Source: Eledone cirrhosa
Taxonomy: Eukaryota
DNA length: 64,000 nucleotides
Direction of reading: 5' to 3'
Assembly (NCBI GenBank): GCA_964016885.1
Contig: OZ024742.1
Location: 69,316,001 to 69,380,000, forward strand
Below the pieces are notes generated by a model. That model ran no database searches. It was not told the DNA's origin and saw only the letters and a list, made by a program, of their open reading frames with translations. Below, piece after piece: positions 1 through 13,335 of this stretch; positions within the stretch are counted from its first letter, which is position 1, and each line of letters starts with the position of its first letter. Made by a program: the position numbers and the translations under genes.

Positions 1-700
1 GTGTGTGTGGCTAAGCGGAGTTAATGCATGCGGGGAGGTAACTCTGGGGTTTCTATATCTAGCCATTAAAATGTGTCCCAATATAGACCCTAAATTCTAT
101 GGTGAAGTGCACCTTCCAAGAGAGACTTTTAAAGCATAAAGTGTATTAACTATAGAGTAGTTTAACTAAGTTATGCTGAAGGTGATCATATTATTATGGT
201 GGATTAACCCATCTTAAGGTGCTACAAATGGAAATTATAGATGATGAGCGAGGATTCTAAATTAATGATCTCTGTGGTTGTAGTCTGCTCATATGACCAG
301 GCGCGGTGACTGCAGGATTGCTTCAGGACCCAATGATCTCTGGTAAGATCTGGGTCATCGCTTGCTACATTGGATGTCGAAAGATAATCGTCCCCAGGCA
401 GGCCAAAGGTCAATCCGCAGTCCTCGCGACCCTATTTTTTGATTGTACCTATTAATATAAATGTAATCTCGAAGTGTGTACTGCCACTCTAAATTCTGTA
501 ATGAATGTTGACCCACAATGTTTGAATATGTATCAATGTTTGAATATGTATTGGTATGTCTCTCGGCTGAAAAGGAGGTCATATAACTGTCCATGCATTA
601 ATAAATTGCTCCGAAGAATCCAAACCTCGGTTTGGAGGAAACAGCTGTAAGCACAATAATGTTTTGAGCAGTTCTTTGATTCTTATATTTCATATTTCAT

Positions 701-773
<73 letters not shown>

Positions 774-778
774 ACATA

Positions 779-823
<45 letters not shown>

Positions 824-902
824 ACATATATATGTATATATGTATATATATATGTATATATATATATATATATACATATAATTCTGGCAATATTACACAA
901 AT

Positions 903-1641
903 ATGACCCTCCCCAAGTATAACAATATTTGTTTCGACACACGATTTCATATAAAAAACCTTGCAAAACTAATTCATCGCCGCTATGGCATTAGCTTGTG
1001 CCAAGCTGAAAGGTTATTGAAAGACACTGTTTTCTGTTATATAAAAACTACAATAACAACAGAACAAATCCGCTTCTTAAAACACTGTGTTTCCTCCAAA
1101 ACATACACAACAAACATATCAAAACAAGTAAATAATTTATTATTGAACAAAACACAAGCTGAACGACTAAAACACACAATAACAGTTAAAATGAAAAGAA
1201 CAACATACACAAAAGTCAACTAACTTTACAGACAGAAACGCATTAACGGTAAGGATGTCCGAAATCTCACCACAGCAAACGAGAGGGATAACTTCATGAG
1301 CGTCATCCGACGTGAAACGAAATACGCCCGAAACGAATGCAATAGGCATTTCAATGAGAAATTAGAATGGATGAATAAGAAAAAACTATAAGAAAGGAAA
1401 ATTGAATATTCTCAAAAATAGCCAGATAACATCGACAATATCCGTATGACTGATGTAGAACTACCGGAAGAATTTACCAATGACCACACAGTAAATATTT
1501 ATGGGAACACTTTAATCAGTGAACAAGAACAACAAATCCTGCGGCTACCACCAAAATTTGCCATCTACAAAAAGATTAACCCTATTGAGTGCAAAACGGA
1601 GCTGGAAAAGTGTTTCACAAAAATACGTTGGAATGCAAAGG

Positions 1642-1672
<31 letters not shown>

Positions 1673-4554
1673 TAATAACGGTAGTAGTAATATAAACAAT
1701 AACTCTGAGTATAGAAATAACAGTCATAACAATAACAATAGCAGGAAAGTGAGAAATAGTGATAATGGTAATAATACTAACGATAGACAGAACAACAACA
1801 ACCACAATAATAATAATAATAGAAACATTAACCACAGACACAGCAGCAGCGACCACAGTAGTAATAACGGTAACAATACGAACAACAACAACAATAACCA
1901 CAGTGGTAATAATGGAAATAGTACATGTAGCAACATCAATGATAGACACAACAAAAACAAGAAACATAATAAAAGTAACAACGACAATGGTAGAAATAAC
2001 AGTAACAACAACAATAACGGTGAAGTAAACAACAATACATCTAGCAATCATAACAATAATAATAATGCTAATGATAGAAACAACAACAACCACCATGATA
2101 ACAATAATAGCAACACACACAACTATGACGATAGATATAATGACAACCCCTTAGAGAAACTATTTTTCAACCCAGCTGACAAAACATATAAGATGGGTAA
2201 TATCTATCCTACGAGGTTACCCTTTAATAAAAGAGTTTGCATTCCACAACAAATAGATGACGAGACAGAGGCACAGTTCACCATAGCTAGAAATAAGATT
2301 AGACAAATAGTAGACAGGTATACTAAGAGACAGAACAGACCAGAGGCCCAACAACTTGGGAGGAAACCTGTAGAAGGCTTGGTTAGCCTCAAGCAGCGCA
2401 CAAGGAATGGTGCGGTAGTATGTCTACCCACGGATAAGTCTGGTAGGATGTCAATAGATAGCATGCCGAACTACATCAAGGCTATGCAACCCCACATCAC
2501 CAACACGAGCGAAATTGCACAACAAACACACGATGGGAGAGAGAAAATCCTTAACGCTCACATGATGATGTGGACTGACATCCTAAAGCCAAGCAGACGC
2601 ACTGCCAACAACTTCCAGGCGTCTAACAATGGCATACCACCCTTGTATGGGCTCCGAAAAGACCACAAGACAGTCGACGATCCGACAACAGGACCACCAA
2701 CAAGACCCGTATGCGGAGCTAATATAGCTAGCAACTACAGGATCTCCTACTTCCTCTCAATGGTTATACGCCCCATAATCAAGATGTCCCCAGATGTATG
2801 TGACAGTACAGAGGACCTCCTCAGCAGAATCAGTGAGTGAAACAAAAACAGGAACCTATCCAACTGCATAATAGGCAGCATGGATGTGGTGTCACTATAC
2901 CCATCCGTTAACATTGATTTTGCTGTGAAAAGATGTGTGGAGATGATTATTGAGAGTGAGGTGGAGTTCTGCGACGTCGACACAGACGAACTGGGCCTCC
3001 TACTTAGACTTACTTACGACACTGACTACCTAGACAGCCATGACCTTAGACGTTTCTGCCCTAGTAGACCTATAAGAGGTAGACCCCCCCACCATAACCT
3101 CAATGGCAAAAAAGACTCCCATGGGAAGGTGGATTGGGTGGACCAAAGCTATACGGACCCCCCAAAACAATGATCAGGTAAGAAAAATGGTCGCACATGC
3201 AATAGGGGCTAGTATCAAAACTACCCTAAAGGGCCACATATTTAAGTTCAACGAGAAGATCTACACCCAAAATGAGGGAGCAGCCATCGGCGTCAGAATA
3301 GCTGGTGATGTTGCCAACCTTTTCATGGTATGGTGGGAAAGGAGACTTAAAGATCTCCTTAATGAGAGATCCATAGACCTCATCATGTACTCTCGTTATG
3401 TAGACGATATCAATATAGTTATAAGAACACCCCCGCTAGAGAGCACTAACAAGTTTGATTTAGAACGTAGCACGATGGAAAGCATCCAGCAGATAGCTAA
3501 TTCCATACACCAGAGTATAACTGTAACTATCGACTTCCCTTCCAAACACCCTAACAATAGACTACCTGTATTAGACACAGAACTCTGGATTAACACTATA
3601 GACGAGAGTGCCCAAATTCTCCACTCACACTATGCTAAACCCATGGCCTCCAAATACCTGATACTCAAAATCTCAGCAATGTCCAGCAGTGCTAAGTTTA
3701 ATATTCTAATCGCAGATATGGTACGAGTGATGAAGAATGTGTCCCGCATGTGCGACCCAACAGAAATGGAAAGACACATCCAACACTTCATCAACCGCAT
3801 GCAGTTCTCTGGCTACAACCAAAGAGACAGAATCAGAGTATACGAAGGAGCCATGGAGAAGTATAAGACCCTCATAGAACTGGATATGAAAGGAATTTGC
3901 CCATTATGCAGGAGCAAATCATGGAATAGCTTAGATAGGGCTAGACATAAGATAGGGAAAGCCACCTCATGGTACGACAACCAGAGATACCAGAGTGTCA
4001 TGTTTGTGGACGCTACCCCTGGAGGGAAATTAGCTAACCAGTGTAGAAAGGCCCTGAGAAAGACCCACTTAAAAATAAAGGTGGTAGAAAAGCCAGGAAC
4101 CACCATAAAATCCCTGATCAGCAAAACCTACCCTTTTAAGAAAACCCACTGTACCAATAGGAAATGTATCATATGTAAGGTGAACCCCCGGATAAACTGT
4201 AAAACTAGAAACGTAGTCTATAGCATAAGATGTACAGAGGGTACTTGCAGAAACATGACAACAACATACATAAGTGAGACAGCTCGTAGCATAGGTGAAA
4301 GGATAGACCAACACTGGGGGGAACTAAAAGGACGAAAAAACGGGTCAGTACTATACGAACATGCTAGACAACAACACAACGGTAACATAGACAACATAGA
4401 AATTAGAATAATATCTAAACATAGAAATGACCCAGCAGATAGGCAAATCATAGAGGCCAGTGAAATAGAAATTAGAAGACCAAGGCTAAACAGAAAGAAT
4501 GAATGGAATAACAACAACACCCAAACAAACAACACTGACCTAAGAGAAGTATAA
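903..4554 (+). pseudogene. Disrupted PLE polyprotein (N-terminal domain, Asn-rich insert, RT, GIY-YIG)
   Basis: ORF pieces 903-1223, 1446-2840, 2880-3173 and 3103-4554. Motifs PTDKSG, PPTRPVCGA, SMDVVSLYPS, GAAIG, RYVDD, CTNRKCIIC, VVYSIRC...YISETARSIGERIDQH...HARQQH. Stop codons and a frameshift near 3090. Confidence 0.92.
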
Positions 4555-4804
4555 ATAAGTAAATAAAATAAAATAAATAAATAAATAAATAAATAAATAA
4601 ATACATACACAAGCACAATAACAACAAGCACATAAACACACACTAGTCACGCATCACACAGCAAACAAAATACTATACACACACGCAAACGCATGCGCAA
4701 AGAAGACAAAATAAAATAAACAAACAAGCAAATAAATAAATAAATATATAGACAGACTGAATAAAAATGGCGTAGACATACAATACATCAGGAGGAAAAT
4801 GTAG

Positions 4805-4848
4805 CACCACTGACGATGTTGCAGATGTGCAACGAAAGATTTATGATA
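4805..4848 (+). ncRNA. Minimal hammerhead motif of PLE A1 (weak stem I)
   Basis: CTGACGA-T-GTTGCA-gatg-TGCAAC-GAAA-gattta. Confidence 0.65.
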
Positions 4849-5062
4849 AACTATATATATGTGTTTGTGTCTATATTGTATCTGTATTATTTTTGACCGC
4901 CGGTCAGTCAATGGCAACATTGAGGACCGAATAAATTAGATTGCCGATATAAAAGACACAGAAGCAAGAGCGAAAACCAACCAAACAGTGAGTGTGTTCT
5001 GTTATTAATTCTGGCAATATTACACAAATATGACCCTCCCCAAGTATAACAATATATATATA

Positions 5063-6433
5063 TCTATATATATAAAACTGTGGTTGTCTGTCTGTCTATC
5101 GATTTTTGGCACACATCTCCTCTTAGAATCTCTCACGGAATTGCACCGAAATTGCTATACTTGTACATTGAGCCCTAGCGAAGACATCGGAAAAAAATAT
5201 TTCAAATTGACCCGCCCTATCTGACGAAATCGAATATAATGTATCGATTTTTGAGCGTAAGTGATCAGTTATTTCCCTTTGTTCTGTTTACATTGAGCGT
5301 CTTCGTGCAAAAATTAAAAAAATTACGCTGGCTTTCTCAGCGTTTAAAATGACATTAACATAATAATTTTTACTTGAAAACAAGTCTATTTAAAGACTAC
5401 GTAAAACAAGCAAATATTTCGTAAAAAAAAGCAAAAATTATATAAGTTTATTTAAAATATATGTATCTGTAAATTTCGTTAGGCGTGCAGTCAGTTTTAT
5501 ATATATAGATGATAAACAATAATATCCTCTATGAGGTCACTAAACCTGCTAGAAACAGCAGCTAACTCTCCCTCATATCACACCACTCCCTACTGTCTTA
5601 AATTTAGAAAACACATATCCTCTATGAGGTTACTAAACCTGCTAGAAACAGCAGCTAACTCTCCCTCATATCACACCACTCCCTACTGTCTTAAATTTAG
5701 AAAACACATATCCTCTATGAGGTTACTAAACCTGCTAGAAACAGCAGCTAACTCTCCCCCATATCATACCCCTCCCTACTGTCTTAAATTTAGAAAACAT
5801 ATCTTCTATGAGGTCACTAAACCTGCTAGAAACAGCAGCTAACTCTCCCTCATATCACACCCCTCCCTACTGTCTTAAATTTAGAAAACATATCCTCTAT
5901 GAGGTCACTAAACCTGCTAGAAACAGCAGCTAACTCTCCCCCATATCACACCCCTCTCTACTGTCTTAAATTTAGAAAACATATCTTCTATGAGGTCACT
6001 AAACCTGCTAGAAACAGCAGCTAACTCTCCCTCATATCACACCACTCCCTACTGTCTTAAATTTAGAAAACATATCCTCTATGAGGTCACTAAACCTGCT
6101 AGAAACAACAGCTAACTCTCCCTCATATCACAACCCTCCCTACTGTCTTAAATTTAGAAAACACACAGACAACCATGCAGAACAACGCCATCGCAGCTCT
6201 GTTGTTCGGCTGGCATCGTCTACTCGCGTGTTGCGCAAGTACTGTGAAACAATAAATTTCAACACTTTTTTGCACAGAGATAATATCCATAGGCGAAACT
6301 ACAATTGTCACTGCTGGCGCAGCTCATGCTTCCAGGTCTGCAATTCATTCACCCAGTGCCTGGCAGACAAAAAAGTGCTGCAACCTAACTTTGGTAACTT
6401 AATGACCCCGAGCAACGCCGGGCTTTAATGCTA

Positions 6434-6434
<1 letters not shown>
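5063..6434 (+). mobile_element. Non-autonomous Helitron
   Basis: 5' end TCTATATATATAAAA. 3' GC hairpin CCCGaGCaacGCCGGG (6407-6422) followed by CTAG (6431-6434). Inserted between A and T with no TSD. Confidence 0.85.
5522..6164 (+). repeat. Minisatellite, 7 units of 91-93 bp inside the Helitron
   Basis: Unit atatcctctatgaggtcactaaacctgctagaaacagcagctaactctcc...ttagaaaac starts at 5522, 5615, 5708, 5799, 5890, 5981 and 6072. Confidence 0.95.
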
Positions 6435-6527
<93 letters not shown>

Positions 6528-6732
6528 ACATATATATGTATATATGTATACATATATATGTATATATGTATACATATATATGTATATATGTATACATATA
6601 TATGTATATATGTATGTATATATATATATGTATATGTATATATGTATATATATATGTATATGTATATATATGTATATGTATATATGTATATATATATATG
6701 TATATGTATATATATGTATATGTATATATATG

Positions 6733-6763
<31 letters not shown>

Positions 6764-6776
6764 GTATATATATATG

Positions 6777-6845
<69 letters not shown>

Positions 6846-6847
<2 letters not shown>

Positions 6848-7428
6848 GAAAAAGTAAGTCCTTCATCAGTGACCCTCCAACCGTCCCAGGCATTCATCGC
6901 TTTAAGGGCCATATGCCTCAGGTTGGTGCGAACAACGGCTAAAAAAAGTCGTTGGGACACGTAAATAAAGGGGACATTAGGGTAACAAACTAAATGGTTT
7001 AAGCAACGGAAAGTGAGAAGAAATAGACAAGTCCCAGATCTCTATGAATATAAACTCGGTGAAATCGTGAACAAGAGACAAAAGACCATCAAACCTGGTT
7101 GAAATGTGAGCAAGGAAGGAATTTCGCACAGGTCTAACGGGGGGGGGGGGAGAAAAAGAAGAAGAAGAAGAAGAAGAAGAAGAAGAAGAAGAAGAAGAAG
7201 GGGTCTGGTCTACGAATTCGGTAAACATAAGTTTTGTGAAGTCGCAGACGAAAGAGAGAGAGAAAAAAATTCCATACCAGCTTGACCAAGACCGCGCGAG
7301 AAAAGAATTACACACAGGTCAAACTTGAAGGAGGAGGAGGAAAGAGGAGGAGGAGAGGTAGTGACAGAGAATGAGTGAGTGAAAGTTGAGGAGGAGGCTA
7401 ACAGAGAGAGAGAGACTGCTAGAAAGGG
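6846..7428. mobile_element. Unclassified (TA)n-inserted repeat, family G copy 1
   Basis: Homologous to 39643-40049. Both copies begin gaaaaagt right after (TA)n. Contains a (GAA)n tract. No ORF. Confidence 0.6.
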
Positions 7429-7703
7429 TATATGTATATGTATACATATATATGTATATGTATATATATATATGTATATGTATATATATATATGTATATA
7501 TATGTATATATATATATATGTTTGTATATATATATATGTATATATATGTATATATATATATGTTTATATATGTATATATATGTATATATATGTATATATA
7601 TATATGTATATATATATATGTATATATATATATGTATATGTATATATGTATATATATATATGTATATATATTTATATGCATATATATATATGTATATATA
7701 TAT

Positions 7704-10043
7704 ATTGTTATACTTTGGGAGGGTCATGTTGCCAATAAGAAACACATGCACCAGTTGCTTTCACTTCAATTTATTATAATAAATTTATAAATTTAGGAAT
7801 TTATAAATTTCCGGTTGGTTGGTTGGTTCCACAACCAGATAGTTGTTTATATATTGTCAAATTTCTTTCGTCACACATTCTGTGACCTCTTCAGTGACTG
7901 GGGATTCTTTTCTTTGTTTTTGTGCCTCTCCTTTGTTCTGTCCTACTCCATTTTGTTTCTGTGTGTGTGTTGTGTGCTCAGTCTGCGCATGCGCCACATC
8001 CGGGTGTCTGTGTGTGTTTATATTCGTTTATTTATTTGTTTATTTACATGTTACAGGTTGGTTGTTTGTTCTATGTGCGTGTGTGTTTTAATTTTGTCCT
8101 TAATTGTAAGTTGTGATGTTGCTGTTCCACTCATATTTTCTATTTCATTTTGGTTGTAATTCTTTTATGTTTATTGCCTCTGTGATTTGTCTAAACATTG
8201 CGTCTTTTCTGTGTGTAGATTCTATTTTTATTTCTCTGTTCTCTAATTTACCCTTATGTTCTATTTTAGCATGTTGGTAGAGTACAGATGATTCTTTACT
8301 ATCTTGAAGGTCTCGCCAGTGTTCATTTATCCGTTCCCCTACACTACGAGCTGTCTCACCTATGTACACTATATTTTTGTCTCTACATTGTCCTTCAGTA
8401 CATCTTATGCTATATAGTACATTTCTAGTTTTACAGTTAATATGGGGGCTTAATTTACAGGTTATACATTTCTTATCTATACAGGGGGGTCTTTGAAAAG
8501 GGTATGTCTTGCTAATAAGTGTTTTTACGGAGGTACCTGGTATTTCTACTATCTTAATATTGATTTTATGTTTATCTAGGGCCCTTCTAAATTTGTAAGC
8601 TAATTCACCTCTAGGGGTTGTATCGATGAACATTACACTTTGGTATTTATTGTTATCATACCATGAGTTTATTCTATTAGCCTTATTCCTAGTTCTTTCT
8701 ATTCTATTCCAAAATTTGCTCCTATACAAGGGGCATGTCACATTTGTGTCATTATTTACCATTTTTCCCCATTTGGTTCTGGCTCCTCTATACACTCTGA
8801 TTTTATCTCTCTGATTGTAACCAGAGAACTGCATACGGTGGATGAAGTGTTGTATGTGTCTCTCTAGTTCTTCGGGGTTGCACATGCGGGACACGTTTCT
8901 CATCACCCGTACCAAATCCGCAATCAGTATGTTGATTTTGGTATTGTCTGAAACAGCTGAGTTTCGGTGGATCAGATATTTGGAAGTCATGGGTTTGGCA
9001 TAATGGGAATGGAGGATTTGTTTTTTGTTATTAATGGTATCTAACCAGAGCTCTGTGTCTAGTACAGGTAATCGATGGTTGGGGTGTTTACTTGGGTAGT
9101 CTATAGTAACATTAATACTCTGGTGGATGGAGTTAGCTATTTGCTGGATGCTTTCCATGGTGTATTTCTCTAATTCCTGACTGTTCTCTAGTGGGGGTGT
9201 TTTAACTACGATGTTTATATCATCAACGTAGCGGGAGTACCTTATCAGGGTTAAGGGGTCTTCTAATTGTTCTTTAAGTTTAAGTTTAAGTCTACTGTCC
9301 CACCATACCATGAATAAGTTAGCTATGTCGCCTGGAATGCTAACACCAATGGCTGCTCCTTCCTCTTGGGCATATGTTTTTCCATTAAATTTTAACATAT
9401 GTTCCTTAAGGGTTAATTTTATGCTGGCCCCCACCGCATGTGCAATCATATTCTTTAGTTCATCGTGGTTTTCGGGTGTCCGTATGGCTCTGGTCCACCC
9501 GTTCCATCTAACTGTGTGCGTTTTCTTGGCCATTGAGGTAATGGTAGGTGGTCTGCCTCTTGCTGGTCTTGTAGGGCACAGGTTGCTAAGGTCATATGTG
9601 TCTAGGTAATTATTACTATAGGTAAGTTTAAGTAGGAGTCCCAGCTCACTGGTATCAATCCCACGGAACTCAACATTGCTCTCACTGATCATTTCTACGC
9701 ATTTCTCCACAGCAAAACACACACACAGAAACAAAATGGCGTAGGACAGAACAAAGGAGAGGCACAAAAACAAAGAAAAGAATCCCCCAGTCACTGAAGA
9801 GGTCATAGAATGTGCGACGAAAGAACTTTAACAATATATAAACAACCATCTGGTTGTGGAACCAACCAACCAACCGGAAATTTATAAATTCCTAAATTTA
9901 TAAATTTATTATAATAAATTGAAGTGAAGCAACTGGTGCGTGTGTTTCTTATTGGCAACATGACCCTCCCAAAGTATAACAATATCGGTTTCGAGACACG
10001 TTTTCAGATAAAGAATCTTGCTAAACAAATTCAGAAACGAAAT
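7704..10043 (-). mobile_element. 5'-truncated PLE family A2 with inverted pLTR copy
   Basis: Minus-strand RT-EN ORF 8145-~9715 (RYVDD, YIGETARSVGERINEH) and pLTR 7704-8140. Plus-strand pLTR copy ~9714-10043. Confidence 0.92.
7855..7899 (-). ncRNA. Family A hammerhead motif
   Basis: Reverse complement GTCA-CTGAAGA-G-GTCAC..GTGAC-GAAA-gaaatt-TGAC. Degenerate + strand partner at 9789-9833. Confidence 0.65.
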
Positions 10044-10070
10044 ATATATATATATATGTATATGTATATA

Positions 10071-10141
<71 letters not shown>

Positions 10142-10523
10142 GTATATATATGTATATATATATATGTATATATATGTATATATATATATATGTATATGTA
10201 TATATATATGTATATATATATGTATATATATATGTATATATATATATATGTATATATATGTATATATATATATGTATATATATATGTATATGTATATATA
10301 TATATATGTATATATATATGTATATATGAGTCCCCAGTGTCCGCGCATCGCCTGGAGACTCGGCTGAGAATGACCTCCCTGATGACGCAATGAAATTCTC
10401 AACAGTTCATTAGGTAACTGTCTTTATCCCATTGCAGAAACTAATTAGTTGGAGTGAAAATTTAAGTAAGTTAATTTGAAAAAAAAAAAAAAACTTTTTT
10501 AAAGAAATTTTCTTATTTTACGT

Positions 10524-10618
<95 letters not shown>

Positions 10619-10717
10619 GTATATATATATGTATATATATATATGTATATGTATATATATATATATGTATATATATATGTGTGTATATATATATGTATAT
10701 ATATATGTATGTATATG

Positions 10718-10754
<37 letters not shown>

Positions 10755-10841
10755 ATATATGTATATACATATGTATATATATATGTATATATATATGTAT
10801 ATATATATATATGTATATATATATATGTATATATATATGTA

Positions 10842-10875
<34 letters not shown>

Positions 10876-10884
10876 TATATATGT

Positions 10885-11093
10885 TTATATCTGGAGATCT
10901 CTCTGCACTTGTCGTCACATGGTACCATGGGCCCAGCACTATGTGTCAATAATTGTCACAGGTGTAGTGTTTGTTCCAGAGTTTTCAAGTCGCTGGCTGG
11001 ACTAAAAAGTCACACCCGTTCGGCGCATCGGTAGGGGTTCTCCTATATGGATATAAAGTAGTGGCCGTACTCGAAAACGAGTTGGCAGCCACC
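10885..11093 (+). mobile_element. RTE-clade LINE 3' end fragment
   Basis: Encodes [23 protein letters not shown], a terminal C2H2-like motif. Short 3' UTR, then (AT)n. Same sequence at 44722-44928. Confidence 0.75.
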
Positions 11094-11142
11094 ATATATA
11101 TATATATGTATATATATATGTATATATATGTATATATATATG

Positions 11143-11173
<31 letters not shown>

Positions 11174-11351
11174 GTATATATATATATGTATATATATATA
11201 TCTATGTATATATATGTATATATATATGTATATATATGTATATACATATGTATATATATATATATGTATATATATGTATATATATGTATATATATATGTA
11301 TATATATATGTATATATATATATGTATATATATGTATATATATATGTATTG

Positions 11352-11387
<36 letters not shown>

Positions 11388-11393
11388 TTTTTG

Positions 11394-11521
<128 letters not shown>

Positions 11522-11640
11522 TATATATGTATATATATATATGTATATATATGATGTATATATATATATGTATATATATATGTATATATATATGTATACA
11601 TATATATATATGTATATATATATATGTATATATATATATG

Positions 11641-11699
<59 letters not shown>

Positions 11700-11762
11700 G
11701 TATATATATATATATGTATATATATATATGTATATATATGTATATATATGTATATATATATA

Positions 11763-11843
<81 letters not shown>

Positions 11844-11850
11844 TTATATA

Positions 11851-12659
11851 TAGTAGAATAATCGAGTATCGAAAAATCGGCGTACGAGTTCACGATAAAT
11901 AAAATTCGATATGAGCGGCAGAGGGCTCAATAATTCAGATAAATCAGAGCTATAACTATCGTTAAAATACCGTCACACATAGAACAAGTCTATAATCAAC
12001 CGTACGACCGAAAGATTGCGATCTGGAACATTCGGGACATTCAGAAAAAATATCACAAAATCAATAAATCAAATGAATGTAAAAAGCATACCCGGACCCG
12101 CTAGAAAGATGGTAAATCTAGCTTCTTGGGTTTCTGTAAATCCTTAAACTGCCCTCTATCAGCTCACATAAAAATATATGAGACTTCTAGAAGCCAGCGG
12201 ACGGGAAAATTTACTTCCTCAACGAGTCTTTGTCCGAACGAATGAAAAGGCATAACCCAGGCTGAAGGAACGCACATGTAATTCAGCAAGGGAGATAACC
12301 TCTACATCCGCAAAAATATTCGGGAAAATGTGGAAATACACATCGAATAAGAGTGCTCAATAGACATGTTAAAATAAACAGGCGCTATTCATCATTTAAT
12401 AGAATCGACAAAAAATGAACAATAAAATTAACTGGTCAATAGCTAGGTCTAGAGCTAAATATAGTAGAATAATCGAGTATCGAAAAATCGGCGCACGAGT
12501 TCACGATAAACAAAATTCGATATGAGCGGCAGAGGGCTCAATAATTCAGATAAATTAGAGCTATAACTATCGTTAAAATACCGTCACACATAGAACAAGT
12601 CTATAATCAACCGTACGACCGAAAGATTGCGATCTGGAAGATTCGGGACATTCAGAAAA
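11851..12659. mobile_element. Non-coding element with ~198-bp direct terminal repeats
   Basis: 11851-12048 repeats at 12462-12659 (period 611 bp). TA on both sides. No ORF. Confidence 0.75.
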
Positions 12660-12707
12660 TATATATATATTTAAAAGAGTAGAGGTGTAACACACGAGTT
12701 ATGATAC

Positions 12708-12895
12708 ATTGGTAAACGGAAAAGAAAATGTTGACAAATTGTTCCCAGTGAAAAATAGTTTAATTAGGAATAAGTAAAAATTAGTAATAGTATTGGTTAG
12801 TATTCAATTTTGGTTTCAAGTTTTACCGGTTGCGCATTTCTAATGCTTTTCAAAAATGATTTTGAGATAGAGCGCCCGTGATGTTTGCTCTAATC
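12708..12895. repeat. Unclassified dispersed repeat (second copy from 48826)
   Basis: attggtaaacggaa.agaaaatg.tgacaaattgttc.cagtgaaaaatag... present at both sites. Confidence 0.7.
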
Positions 12896-12982
<87 letters not shown>

Positions 12983-13280
12983 ATAATAATAAATTTGAAG
13001 ACACAAATCGAAAGAGTGCTCGATAAGGATAAATATATATCAAATATATAAGAACCGTAGAGCAAATATTTATTAAAATAACAGATTAAAGTTTAAGCAT
13101 ATATATAGATAAAGTTTAAGCATATATATATAGATTTTGAGTTTATGTTGGTTGTATACCAACACCTCAGTATGCAGGCTGGAGCACTCGACGAAGTGCG
13201 CAGGTTGGTTTGGTTACTCCGGAGTAGTGTAAAATAAAGTTAAATAAAAGTCAAATGATTAAAATTTAGCTTCGTTTATT

Positions 13281-13335
13281 ACTGCTATATATATTTCAGT
13301 GACAGCCATCTTTGGCTGTGACCTCTTCAGGCAGT
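13281..13335 (-). ncRNA. Family C hammerhead
   Basis: Reverse complement of the 16727-16781 motif. Confidence 0.8.

Larger units (their letters stand above)
879..5053 (+). mobile_element. Near full-length Penelope-like element, family A1 (RT + CCHH GIY-YIG)
   Basis: 48-bp direct terminal repeat taattctggcaatattacacaaatatgaccctccccaagtataacaat at 879-926 and 5006-5053, with (TA)n on both sides. Internal RT and endonuclease coding region. HHR core near 4810. Confidence 0.93.

Noticed and set aside
1-660. Possible host exon (281-342) or decayed PLE (WVNPP on the minus strand)
   Set aside because: Weak splice context and no further recognisable motifs.
1545-2120. Hydrophobic antisense ORFs
   Set aside because: They are the reverse-strand reading of the Asn-rich tract.
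5522-6164. CRISPR-like array or repeat protein
   Set aside because: Whole units repeat with no unique spacers, the context is eukaryotic, and the frame shifts between units.
9716-9806. N-terminus of the 553-aa ORF
   Set aside because: It comes from reading through the inverted pLTR junction and is not a real start.
10365-10410. CTGATGA-cgcaat-GAAA hammerhead-like core
   Set aside because: No stem II and no stem I can be formed. At most a decayed motif.
12125-12170. Minus-strand CTGATAGA...GAAA
   Set aside because: Extra core base and no convincing stems.
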